64,000 nt of DNA, from contig CM041465.1 in the NCBI GenBank assembly GCA_023213395.1, positions 201,569,741-201,633,740 of the forward strand. The letters run 5' to 3'. The position numbers and the translations under genes were made by a program. This document shows, one piece after another, positions 26,901 to 41,643 of the stretch. Source of the stretch: Cycas panzhihuaensis (Eukaryota; Plantae; Cycadophyta). A model generated the notes under the pieces. It was not told where the DNA came from and did not search any database. It was given only the letters and a program-made list of their open reading frames with translations. Positions within the stretch are counted from its first letter, which is position 1; every line of letters begins with the position of its first letter.

Positions 26901-29679
26901 TAACCTAAATTGGTGGAGATATTATGGCAGTAATATGTTAGGCATTTATCAATACCAGTCAATGGTAAACCTTGAGAGTTGTGCCTAAATCCTCTCAGTC
27001 CTACTTATTTATTTAGAAGATCCGAAGACCTTGGTATTCATCAACACCACCATCCTTATGGATTAATGGTTGTGCCATTTCTTGTTTATATTTCATTCTA
27101 CTTTCTTTATCCTTTGATTCCATCATTTGGTATTAGAGCTCTAGGTTACTCCTCCTCAGTGTGCCATGCATTCATTAATTATTATTTATCCTCCAATCAA
27201 CTTAGAAAATAGGGTCGATAAGGTGCAAATAGTATCATTGTATCTGTTTGAAGAGGTAAAGAAAAGCCTTATCTATCTTTCCAAGTTATTTATCTCTACT
27301 TTTTAATATTATTGTATTAGATTATGAGACTCTAACTAGATTGTAAGATCACGGTCACTACATGTTAAGCATCTTGAATGGGCATCTCCTTCCTATGTCC
27401 TATCTCTTATTTATAGGTTGAGAAGCCATTATGTGTGCTTATAATTTGCATCTCTTAAGGCAACTATTTGCATATTAATTTAGTATTTAATGCATCTCTA
27501 GCTACTAAATGTGTTTGCCTTAATTCTTAGCTCTATCTGTATTGCCTAAAGTGACTCTTATCTCTTAACCATAAGTAATGTTAGCTTACATCAGAAGTTA
27601 TTATATCTCTAAGTCTTTATATGTGTGATTGTGTCTTAGTATCTCATCTGGCTAAAACCCAAAATCATCCTCCCATAGTCATCATTACTTAATGAAAATC
27701 ACCTTGTATTTATATTTATTTGCTCCCATATGTTGATGATCTATAACATCTTTGTACATTCATTATTCTATTATGAATGAGAATGACCACCATCTTCATT
27801 TATCTAAGCTACGTTGCCTACTTTTTCTCAATGTGATCTATATATCCCTTAACTACCATTCTTGTATAGTCTTTTAATAAGTGATTTTTTTTCATTTTTT
27901 TTAATAGAAGATATGATGATCAGTCTTAGTATACATATGACTATATATTTGCATTTGCATACATATTTACATTCACCTCTTACATGAAATATTTGTATCT
28001 TTAGGTGAAATCACAATCTTGGCACCTTCTTTGTGCATTTTCAAAAATATTACACTATTAATATCGATTTTTTTCCATCTTCCATTTATACACACAACGA
28101 AGAAGGTTTGAAGACAGAATTGGAGGCCACAAAATAGTGCCTAGACTTTGTAAATATTTGTGCCATGCCTTAAAACTTATATTAAGCGTTGATATAATAT
28201 ATATGCTTTCTTTCTTCCTTGCATCTAGATTAATTTACATCCATAATAGATCTTTACTGGTAGTATTTTAAGGAGCCACCTGTTTACCATTTATGCCCCA
28301 CATTTTTTAACATTTCCATGTAAAGAAAATCATTAGAAGAACTAGATTAAATATAAACCAATATACAACATGAGCTCATCAATGATAGGTCCTAGGTTTT
28401 GACCTTGTCAAATATATGATTTGAATCCCCTAGTGGGCATAATATAGTCTGCCATTTAGAGACCAAAGGTTGTGACATCATTCAGATTTTTTTAATATAA
28501 TTCACGTTATATAAATTTGGTTATCCTACTCTCATTTATTTATTAATAAATTAGGACAAAGTGGTTTCTCTAAGTTGTTGTATCTTTTTTAATGGTTAGT
28601 TACTTAACATTTATACACCAAGTATTGTAATATTTGGAAGGTCTCCTAGTTCATATTAAGTACTTCATAACTTTACTTGTATGACAAATAGTTAGTGGTT
28701 TTGACTAGTTGAATTTATAATAGTGATTTTTTTTTTTTCACTTTTGTTTAATATGTCTTTAAGAAATCTACATTATGAGGATATTAATATGGTTATTTAA
28801 AATATTGATATGTTTATTTGAAGCATTGACTGACTATTTTATACGATTTGCCTTTGTTTGAAATAGTCATTTATGTGATTGATATTGGCATATATACATT
28901 TAACTAATTCTTATCAACCTATAACCCTCCACTCTTGTAGTCTGCAGGTCATATAGTAGAGTCAAATGACTAGAAGGATAGTTTTTAAAAGGGGCTAGTC
29001 TATTTCTCAAGAAGTTTGATTCAAAATAAGTACTTATTTCTGCTCCAACAAGAGTATCTATCACAAACAAAGGCCATTTCTAGATCTGTCAACACTAAAG
29101 TATTCTACATTTCTACCTGAATGGAATGTATGGTCATATAGCTATATAAGGTCTTCATTTGGTAGTTTTTTTAATGATTGAAAGTTGTTGATTTTTTTTT
29201 TTTTTTATGTTTCATGTACTAAAGGGATCTTTATCCCTTTTGACCTCCTTAGACTTTTTAATACATAACTTAAACATAAAAAGTTAGAATTAAGTGTCAT
29301 TTAAGATGTTGGGTTCATATTTTAATCCTCTATTGAGTGAATGATCTTTCAAGACCTTTTGAAATTATTTGGTATAATATTTTCATTGTTAAATTTGGTG
29401 TTGGTTTATAGGCTTCCTATAAGATGACCCTTAAACAAATCTAGTAAAATTTCATCTTGTAATCATCATTAATATAAAATTTTTACTTTGGAGGAGGTTA
29501 AGTCCCAATTAGGATACTTGTGTATGTCTTGAAATTAAAGGGGGGCAAGTTTTTCTTATGTTTTTTAGTGCATTTATTACCTTATTTAAGTTCATTTTAA
29601 TCTTTCATTTAAGAACTTTACTTTTTCAAGTAGTTTACTTTTAAGGTAATTTTCTTGATTATGGTCTTAAGTATAAATA

Positions 29680-32600
29680 ATGTCATGGTACCAAATTTTG
29701 ACGGTACTAACTTTTTGAATTATAGTTAAAGAATGAAACCCAATTTTGTATTAAAGGATATGTAGAACTCGATTACAATAAGTTATGGAGAACTTGAAAC
29801 TAAAACTATTAAAGACCAAAAGAAGACCTATAAGCGGAATGAAAAGTGAGATAATGAAGCTTTGGTATTTATCATCTATGCATTGGAGGATCACATTTTT
29901 TTAAGGGTTAGAGAAGCATCTAAATCAAATGAGACATGGGATGCATTGAAAACCACTTATAAAGGAGATGCTACATCGAACCTCTAAATATTAAGGAGTA
30001 GGTTTGAAAACTCTAGGATGAATAATAATAAAGGAGTAGATGACTTCATAACAAAGATACAAGGCCTAATCAATCAAATAAGGGACTTAGAAAAAGTCAT
30101 AAGTGAGAAAAGGGTGGTAGAAAAGATCTTGAGATATGTTAGTGATATTAAAAGGTTTGAAATAGTTTTCACAAGTATTGAGGTCTCTAAAGACCTTACT
30201 ACCCTCAAAATTGATCAATTAAATACAATGTTACTTGTTGTTAAAGAGAAAATTGAGAGAGATAAATTTTTAGAATATGCCTTTGCCATTAAGGCAAAAG
30301 TTATGCCTATATTTTAAGGTCAAAGTTCTGAGGGAAGAGGATAATCTCCTAGAGGAAGAGGTCAATAATTTAGAAATTAAAATCAATTTCATTAAAGATA
30401 AGATCAAGCTTCTGAAGGGTAAGGATAATATCATCAAGGTCAAAGTTATTTTCATCAAGATCATAATTAATTTCAAGATCAAGGATAAAGATATTTTCAA
30501 GGCTAATTTAATCAAAGGCCAAGGATAAAATTTTGAACCTCAAGGAAGAGGTGGAGGTCAAATTCCTAGAGGTAGAAAGCAAGGACAAAGAGGAAGAAGT
30601 CTTAGAGGTAGAAGAACAATGTGATATTCCTATTACCATAGAAGTAGGCATTTAGATGAAAATTATTTTACAAAATGGTCCAACTTACAAAAAGGGATTA
30701 CTAATACAACTATTGAAGAAAGGGAAAATAAAAGACCTTTTCTTATCAAGTTTTATGGCAAATAAAGAAGAAGATAGCTAGTAAATTAACTCAGGATATT
30801 TTACCCATATGATACATAAAGAAAAATGGTTTAAGGAATTAGATAATACCAAAAAGAGAAAATTCATGTTTGGAGATAATACCGCTCAAGCTGTAGTTGG
30901 AAAAGAGAATGTAGTTTTGCTATTAATAGGTCAAATGAAGAGCAAAAATATAAGGTGATCTTTGATAGTAGGGAGTGCACCATTAAAGATAATCTAATGA
31001 ACAAAGCAATAGTTGATAAAGGTCAAATGACTAGTGATAAATTATTCAAACTAGTTATTCCCCCAACTGATTATTATATTTTGAAGGCATCAAATAATGT
31101 GGATAATAAAATATAGTATAAAAGACTTGGCCATTTAAACTATAACAATTTATCCTTAATGAAGAAGATGAAAATGGTGATAGAAGTATCTAATATTAAA
31201 CATAGTAAGGAAGTGTGTGGAGGGTATATATTAGGTAAATAATAAAGGAAAGGATTCCTTAATAAAGGCCATAAGGACAATAGGCCTCTTCAATTAGTAG
31301 ACATGAACTTATGTGGACCAATGAAAGTGCCTTCACTTGGTGGAACCAAATATTTCATAACATTCATTGATAATTTTACAAGGATGGGTTGGGTTTACTT
31401 TCTTAGGTTCAAGTCAGATGCACTCTAATGCTTCACTAACTTCAAAAATATAATTGAAAGACAAAGTGGACATAAAATTTTGACCCTAAGATCAGATAAT
31501 GAGGGAGAATTCATTTCAAATGAATTCATAGATTATTATAAATATTTTGGGATAATGAAATAGCTTATAAATCCCTACATACCTCAACAAAATGGGGTTG
31601 TATAAAGAAAGAATAAGATAATTATAAAAAATGAAATGCTTAAGAATAAGCATCTTGATAATAAATATTGGGTAAAAACTATACATATATCTATCTATTT
31701 ATTGAATAAGTTTACCACCAAAGCAATGAGATAGGTTACACATAAATTAGCTTAGATAGATTATAAGTCAAGCATAAAAAACTTAAGGGTTTTTTTGTGC
31801 ATAACTTATACACATGTTCTAAAATAAAGGAGGATAAAATTAAATGATAAAAGCACCAAGTGTGTATTTATAGGATATAGTGACTCATCTAGATCTTATA
31901 AATTATATGATCCAAATGATAAAAGGATTATTATGAGTAGGGATATCATCTTTAAAGAAGATGAATTCTATCAAGAAGAAGTTGTTGAAAAGATAAGGGC
32001 AAAAATATTATAGTTGAAGTAGACTCTAACTCAAGTGATACAAATGTACGTAATACAAATAAAACATGACCATCTACTTCAAGTCAAATGGTCCCAAAAT
32101 GGGTATAAAATGGCTCGTAACCCTTAAAATATCTTAGATACTAACTTTGAGAGAAGAACAACAAGATCTCAAAGGGTGAATTTTATACTTATGACTCAAG
32201 TTATGGAGTCAAATGAGGCTCACAACTTTGAAGAGGTAAACAGTCAAGATGAATAGAAGAATGCAATGAAGGAAGAGTATAATGCCTTTGTGAAAAATAA
32301 CACATGAAAGTTAGTAGATTTGCCACCTAGTAAGATAAAATAGATCTATAAGACCAAGTATAAATGAGATGGATCTATTGATAAATGCAAGGTAATATTA
32401 GTTACAAAGGGCTATGCTCAAATTAAGGGCATAGATTATAATGAAACATTTACACATGTTGCAAGATTAGAAATAATCAGATTAATTATGGCATGAGCTA
32501 CACAACAAGGTTAGACAGTCTATCAAATAGATGTAAAAAGTGCCTTCTTGAATGGCTATATAGATGAAGAATTTTATGTCTAATAACCTAAGGGTTTTGA

Positions 32601-32760
32601 AGTAAAAGAAAAAGAAGACAAGGTCTACAAATTAAAAAAGGCTTTATATGGACTCAAGCAAGCACCTTAAGTACGGTACTCTAAACTTGATAAATATTTC
32701 AAGGATAAAGAATATCTAAGAAGCCAATCAGATTCTTATATATATATATATATATATATA

Positions 32761-32804
<44 letters not shown>

Positions 32805-33780
32805 TAGAAGGAAGTTCAATACTAATTATAGGATTATATATGGATGACTTAATATATACTAGGAAGAGTGATTACTTATTCCAAAAGTTTAAGAAATATA
32901 TGTGCAAAGAATTTAAGATGATAGACTTAGGGCTTATATGTTATTTCTTAGGTATTGAAGTATGGCAAGATGAAAAAAGGCATGTTTGTATTTTGAAGGA
33001 AATATACATTGGATATGTTATATAAGTTCAACATGGCTAGTCATAAGCCACTTGTAATACCAACAAAGGTTGGGTTAAAATTATCCAAGTTTAAGGAATT
33101 TAAATCAATTAATCCTACATTTAATAGGTAGTTAATTAGGAACCTAACTTACTTGACTTCAACTCAACTAGACATTATGTATGCATTAAGTGTGGTTTCT
33201 AGGTTTATGTCTAAGCTTAAGGTAAAACATTAACAAGTAGCCAAAAGGATTCTTAGGCATCTCAAAGGTACTATTAGGTATGGTTTGCATTACAAGTCAT
33301 CGAGGGATTATAAATTGATGGCTATACAGACTCAGATTGGGTAACTTATGTAGATGATAGGAAATCTACTTCAGGTTATACATTTAGTTTAGGTTTAGTA
33401 ACAGTAGCATGGAGTTTAAAAAAGTAGGTAATAATATCTCTTTCTACTATAGAAGTAGAGTACATGGTAATTATAATAGGAGCATGTAAAATAGTTTAGC
33501 TTAGAAGATTACTTTAGGATTTACAGGAAGAATATATTGGTCCTACTCAATTACTTTTTTATATTTAAATCACAATTTAGATGATTAGGAATCTAATGTT
33601 TATAGTAGGACAAAGCACATTAAATACAACACTACTTTATTAGAGTTGGTACAACAAAGTGAGTTAGAATTAGTCTATTATAACACTAAAGAATAAGTAG
33701 TAGATATTTTCACAAAGGTACTTAGTAAAATAAAATTTATTAAATTCAAAAATAAACTTAGAGTCTCCCTAAATAGGAAT
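29680..33780 (+). pseudogene. Copia gag-pol pseudogene
   Basis: gag VPNFDGTN...VVEKILR (30018-30317); INT LRSDNEGEF and PQQNGV; RT LYGLKQAP and YMDDL; RH YTDSDW and DIFTK; many stops and frameshifts. Confidence 0.92.
32738..32801. repeat. (TA)n(TG)n compound microsatellite inside the Copia RT
   Basis: Seen directly in the sequence. Confidence 0.97.
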
Positions 33781-34457
33781 TATATGGAAGAAATGTTAGA
33801 ATAATGCTTGTATTGGGGCAAGTACCCACCTTGGGGAGATTACTTGTATTAGGGTAATAACCAAAATTAGTGGAGTTATTGTGGTGACACTATGTCAAGA
33901 GTTTGTTAATGCCAATTGACGGTAGACCTTGAGAGGTGTGCTCAAATCCTCTTAATCTTGCTTATTTATTTAGGGGGTTTGAAGACCCTAGTATTCAGTA
34001 ATACCACCATCCTTATGGATTTATAGATGTGCCCTTTCTTGCTTACATTTCATTATGCTCTCTTTGTCATCTGATTCCATTAAGATCTCATACAAAAAAA
34101 ATAAACTAAATTCAAGCTATTTTAAAATAATGGTCTAATAACTTACGTGGACAAGAGAAATAGTTTTATTAAGAAGTTATTTTATAATATACGAGGAAAT
34201 AATGCCTTTAGTGTTGTTAATAGGGAGATACAAGCAATGTTTCGTAGTAGTACAGATAATAATAAGGTGCTACTTATCAATAGATGAATGTTTAGATTTA
34301 AACCCAATAAGCAAATTGCCAATATAATAGATTTATATACTCAACCTTATAATAATATTCTATCCTAAGAATAATATTTGTAGAATGGGCATTGGAAGAT
34401 GTGTAGAAGAAAAACTATTTGTCAAAGTCTATGACCATAAGAATTGAAGTTAAAATA

Positions 34458-35090
34458 TGTTGTGAAGATAAGGTCCCAACTTTTAAACCGCCACCAAGAT
34501 CTAAACTATTCTTGTAACTAGTTATAGGAATTGAAACTAAAATTTAACATACAAGTTCTTAAAACTAGAGATAAAATAATAAAATGAATAAGAAAACCAA
34601 GCATCACATATACACCCGATATAACGTGGTAAAACCCTAGAAGTGTGCTACGGAAACATCCACACAAGAAAGATATCAATTTTTATTGTTAAAGAATGGA
34701 GAAAATGTACATAATCATATAGTAGAGTGCTCGCAGCAATAACAACCAACCGCCCAACTCCTCACAATACATTGAACACTATCAACATAATGAAAAATAA
34801 TCTAAATCAAGTTACATGAGAGGGTCATCTAAGGCACAAATCTCAACCGTAGAATTTAGAGCATTTTGAGCGAATGACTATGATTCTCTTTACAGTTTAA
34901 TATACTTTCCAGTGCTAAATTTTTCGGTCGGGGGCTATCGCCCCCGAATCCCCTCTTCGCGAAGGGCGTTTCACGCACCCCCGCACCCCCACCCCCCTTG
35001 GAACCCCTTGAGAAAGGATTGGGGGGGGAACCACGCTACCAACCTATCAAAATTTTAACTTCCAAACTATTGTTGTCACATTATCTAAAA
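34458..35090 (-). mobile_element. Solo LTR, copy 1 (inverted relative to 61569-62210)
   Basis: Reverse-complement homology to 61569-62210 over its whole length; perfect TSD AAATA/AAATA; no flanking PBS/PPT. Strand is given relative to copy 2. Confidence 0.88.
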
Positions 35091-36694
35091 AAATAAGGGG
35101 AAACATTAAGATATTAAAGGAAATATAAGTACTAAATGACTAGGAAAAAATATTTTTTTTATAAAAGAGGCAAAGTATAATGGATTAAATTTGTTAATGG
35201 AATTAGTAATAAACAATATAGAAAATATCTTTTTTTGGTAAGGTCTTAATTCTCAAGTATGAGGTGGGGGAATCATCTTAAAGGTAGGTACTAACTTTGA
35301 AAGATCATTATGGATACCAAATTTAGAGACAAGAATTCTAAGGAAATGGTTAATGATAATGTTAATGATAATGTTAATGAGATTCTTGATAATGTTAAAT
35401 CTAAAGGAATATTTATAAGGACATTCAAATATGAGATGAAGTTGTAGGAAGTAATTTTCACATATTTTAGATTTAAGATCAAGGTCATTAAGGAAAACAT
35501 TGATAATTATCATGTATCCTTCTTAAGTAACTAAAATAATATAATAATATATATATTTTTGTAATATAGCTTTTGTAAAAGGGTTATCTACAAATGTTTT
35601 ATATAATATAATTCATATATGGTAAATACTACGATAAGAAGAATATTTTCTGATGGAAACTTTGTTAGTGGGAAATTAATCCCACATGAAGGAAAGTCAC
35701 ATTATACTTGATATAAATCTATTAAAGCATGTAATGGGACATTAATATGCCAACCCATTAAAAAGGAGTAACAAGAAACTTAGGAGGTGATTATCCATAG
35801 ATAAGGGATAGTAATTAGATTTCAACTATATTTATGAGATGTATGTGAGTTTTCTAGTGGGTCTTAGCATGCATACTTGCTAAGAACTTCTATATATAAT
35901 GTAATTTTCATAATTTAATACAAATTGAAAGGGGCCCCTCTTAAGTCAATTAAGTTAGGGTATAACTACTTAGATAGTAGTAATCTAGTAGAATCAATTT
36001 CTATGTTTATGTTTTATGTGGGTAGAGTGTTAGATGTAATATTTAATTTTATAAAATAATATATTAGCCTCTCTTCTTACTATTCCATATTTTTTCAATA
36101 TAAAGACCGTGAAATTGTGTGCTAGTGAGCATAGTCGAAATGTATGCCAAATATATAAAAGTTAACTTTAGATTATGACACATGAGATGAATATACATTA
36201 TAAATATGTATACTATTGTATTAAATAATTAAACTTTGGGCAATTTTTGACTAATGGCATGCCTATTAGTATGTACATATTTTATTTATTTTATATTTTT
36301 ATTGTTTTACTCTTTCATCATTTAATCCTTAGATCAAGTCTTGTTGGGTCCATTATTTATACTTTTGCTTTCGTAGTTTTCCTACCTAATATATAGTAAT
36401 TTATTTCTTTATTTTCTATCTTAGACTAATGATAGATATATATTAAAAATGTGCCCATGGAAACTACTTCCATCTTTCTAGCTCGTGATTCATTTACTCC
36501 ATATTCAACTCTTTGGGATAGCCCTCTGAATAAATTTTCAAAGATTTCAATCTATAATGAAGATGTTGGTTAAAACTTATATCTATCTTGTGATTACCAA
36601 TGGCTACCCATGGTAAAAGAAATTGTTAAATAATGAGAAAACTTAATTTGAGAACTCTTTAAAATCCATTGCTAGTTATGCAGGTTATTCATTT

Positions 36695-36992
36695 AACCTC
36701 ATGGGGCTGGGTGGATTGGTAAGACGCGGTGATTACTAAGGAGATACCTAGATTCAAAACCCATGAGTGCAAGTCACTTCACAGGGAAATAGTCTGATCG
36801 GCGTCTGTTGTTGCAAAGAAAGTAGTCTGACCAAAGTCCATTGAGTGTGTGCTAGTTGTACGATGGCAATATGAACTCTAAGCATAACCATTATAAAGGT
36901 GGTATGAAAACTTGGATCCCGAGGGTCTCCCTTCCTTCGGAACTTTGTACCAAGGATGGCTAGAGGTTCTCCTCTAGATATTAAAAGAAAAA
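36695..36992 (+). mobile_element. tRNA-derived SINE
   Basis: Box A-like TGGATTGGTAAG, box B-like GATTCAAAAC, A-rich tail TTAAAAGAAAAA, 11-bp TSD GTTATTCATTT at 36684-36694 and 36993-37003. Confidence 0.8.
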
Positions 36993-37439
36993 GTTATTCA
37001 TTTGATAATCTCTTAAATTTTATGGTAAACAAGATCTTTGTGAATATGTTTTTAACTTGAAAACAACCCCTATTTAAGAAAATTAACTAGAATACCCAAG
37101 TTTTTAAGTCAATTGTGAATTTATGAAAAACACTACTCATTAAGTAAATATTTAGCCGAAACTCTAAAACTTACTCTAAACAATCTCTACTAAGAGCTAT
37201 AAAAGTAAGTAGATGACAAAAAAAATGTTCCACATTCTATACTTCAAGGGAAAGCTTCACCCAAATACCTTAGCTTTGGCCACCTATGTTTAGGAGTTCG
37301 ACTTGAATTGGAAGCATAACTCTTAAAAGGTTGTAGGCCACTAACCTTGGTTGGAGAGACTAAATAAAAAATTTAGCCGTTAAAACCTTATGTATTCATT
37401 AAAAAAAATAATAATCCAACGAGAATAAAATAGAGGGCA

Positions 37440-38250
37440 GCCACCTTGAACGAGTGTCAACCCATAACACACTCCGGAGACCTTTCAAGCTTTTGTCTTC
37501 ACTTGGGTTCTTTAATTGGTTGACGCTTCCCTGGACAAAGTGAACAACTGTACCAAAGAGAACGACTCGGGAGCTGAAACTTGGTCACGTCGGTGGTACG
37601 AGGGGCTATCGTCGGATATTTTGTGTCAGCGAATTTAAAGTCGGGGATTGAATTTCTGACGTGGCATTGCCTCGGCATACTTGGACTGTTAGAAAAATAT
37701 TTTCCTCGAATGTGCTCTGCTCGTCCTTCCGTTCAATAAATATTTAAACCCTGCCAGGGCGGCGGCGTATGCGAAGTGAGGCGAGATTTATGAGGCGATA
37801 TGGGTACTCAAACTGGCGGGTCAGGGGATCGATTTATGGCAGCTACCGAACGGCCTTAAATAAGACTGATGCTACCTACGATCATCGGAAAGCCGTAGCG
37901 TGCGTCGGGGAACGTGTTAAAGGCCAGTTTATAATGTGTGCCCAGATTTGTATAGCTATATTTGGGTAGCATGCCACGGTAGAACAAATTACAGATTCAA
38001 GTCGTATAATTATTGGGGTGTAGAATTTCCAATTGAATAGTGTGAGAGTTAAGGCGTAGGAGCCGTGAGGAGACGGCCGGAAGATTATGCGTCGGTGTGG
38101 CTTCAGAAGCACAGCACAGGCATGTCGGCGTTTCCAATTGAAAAATCTGTCATGGATAGCAGAGTATGTTCAGCACCAATGACGATGATTTTAGAAAGAC
38201 CGTGAATAGAAATATCACTCGCTCTGGTTTCTAGGACATAGACAGGGTTG
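37440..38250. promoter_or_regulatory. CpG-retaining non-TE island with clustered DRE/CRT cores and an ABRE; candidate regulatory element
   Basis: Much higher CpG density than the flanks; six GTCGG (CCGAC) on the same strand at ~37589, 37611, 37640, 37905, 38092, 38124; ACGTGGC at ~37659. Confidence 0.45.
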
Positions 38251-38874
38251 CCCTCCTAAGGTGTCAGGAGCAGTAGGTCAAAGGCCGTAGAGACGGTAAA
38301 TGTTATATTAGGTGGTGGAGGATTCATACATATGAGAAGGTATGATGGTATCAAGTTATAGTTAAGGAAGAATGAGTGAAAAAGTAGGAAGAGTTAGGAA
38401 TGTGGATGTATACTCAACAAATTTGACAGAATTATTGGTGATGATTTAGTTTGTTACGAGAAGTGAATTATTTAAAATTGAATAACATAAGGGAATTAAT
38501 GGTTACAATCAAATCATGCACACGAAGGAGATTATAGTTATGTGGTTGATCAATTGTTTTATGATTAAAGTGAATAGTCCTACTATGAAAGGTGATGGGT
38601 AAGGAAGGAATGACCCTAAAAGGGGAGTGATTGTGGTTCTTAAAGGCTTTGATTGGATATTTGGAAGGTATAAGATGAGAGATGCAACCAAGTGGATAGT
38701 GCTTCAAGACATAATTGCAAGGGTGGATTCCTTAGTGACAGTACCCAAAGGGATTTATTCCTAATGGGTAGGGTATAGGTATGGATTTTCAAAGAGATGG
38801 AATTGTCTTATTATGATTTAAGTTGCATATTAACACAAGGGTGGTCTACAAAGAACTTTAAAAATGAATGATGT

Positions 38875-41643
<2,769 letters not shown>

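Larger units (their letters stand above)
26837..34082 (+). mobile_element. Full-length degenerate Ty1/copia LTR retrotransposon
   Basis: LTRs 26837-27125 and 33794-34082; PBS TGGTATTAGAGC 27128-27139; eroded PPT before 33794; TSD AGATA/AGATC; gag-PR-INT-RT-RH order. Confidence 0.93.

Noticed and set aside
37741-37760. TAAACCCT as a telomerase RNA template
   Set aside because: No recognisable Pol III USE/TATA arrangement or conserved TR elements; a short match is expected by chance or as a telobox
37769-38112. Short ORFs in the CpG island as protein genes
   Set aside because: Overlapping on opposite strands, no recognisable motif, consistent with the higher GC content
38490-38525. NGYNQIM resembling a gypsy RT motif
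   Set aside because: Isolated; downstream RT motifs not found
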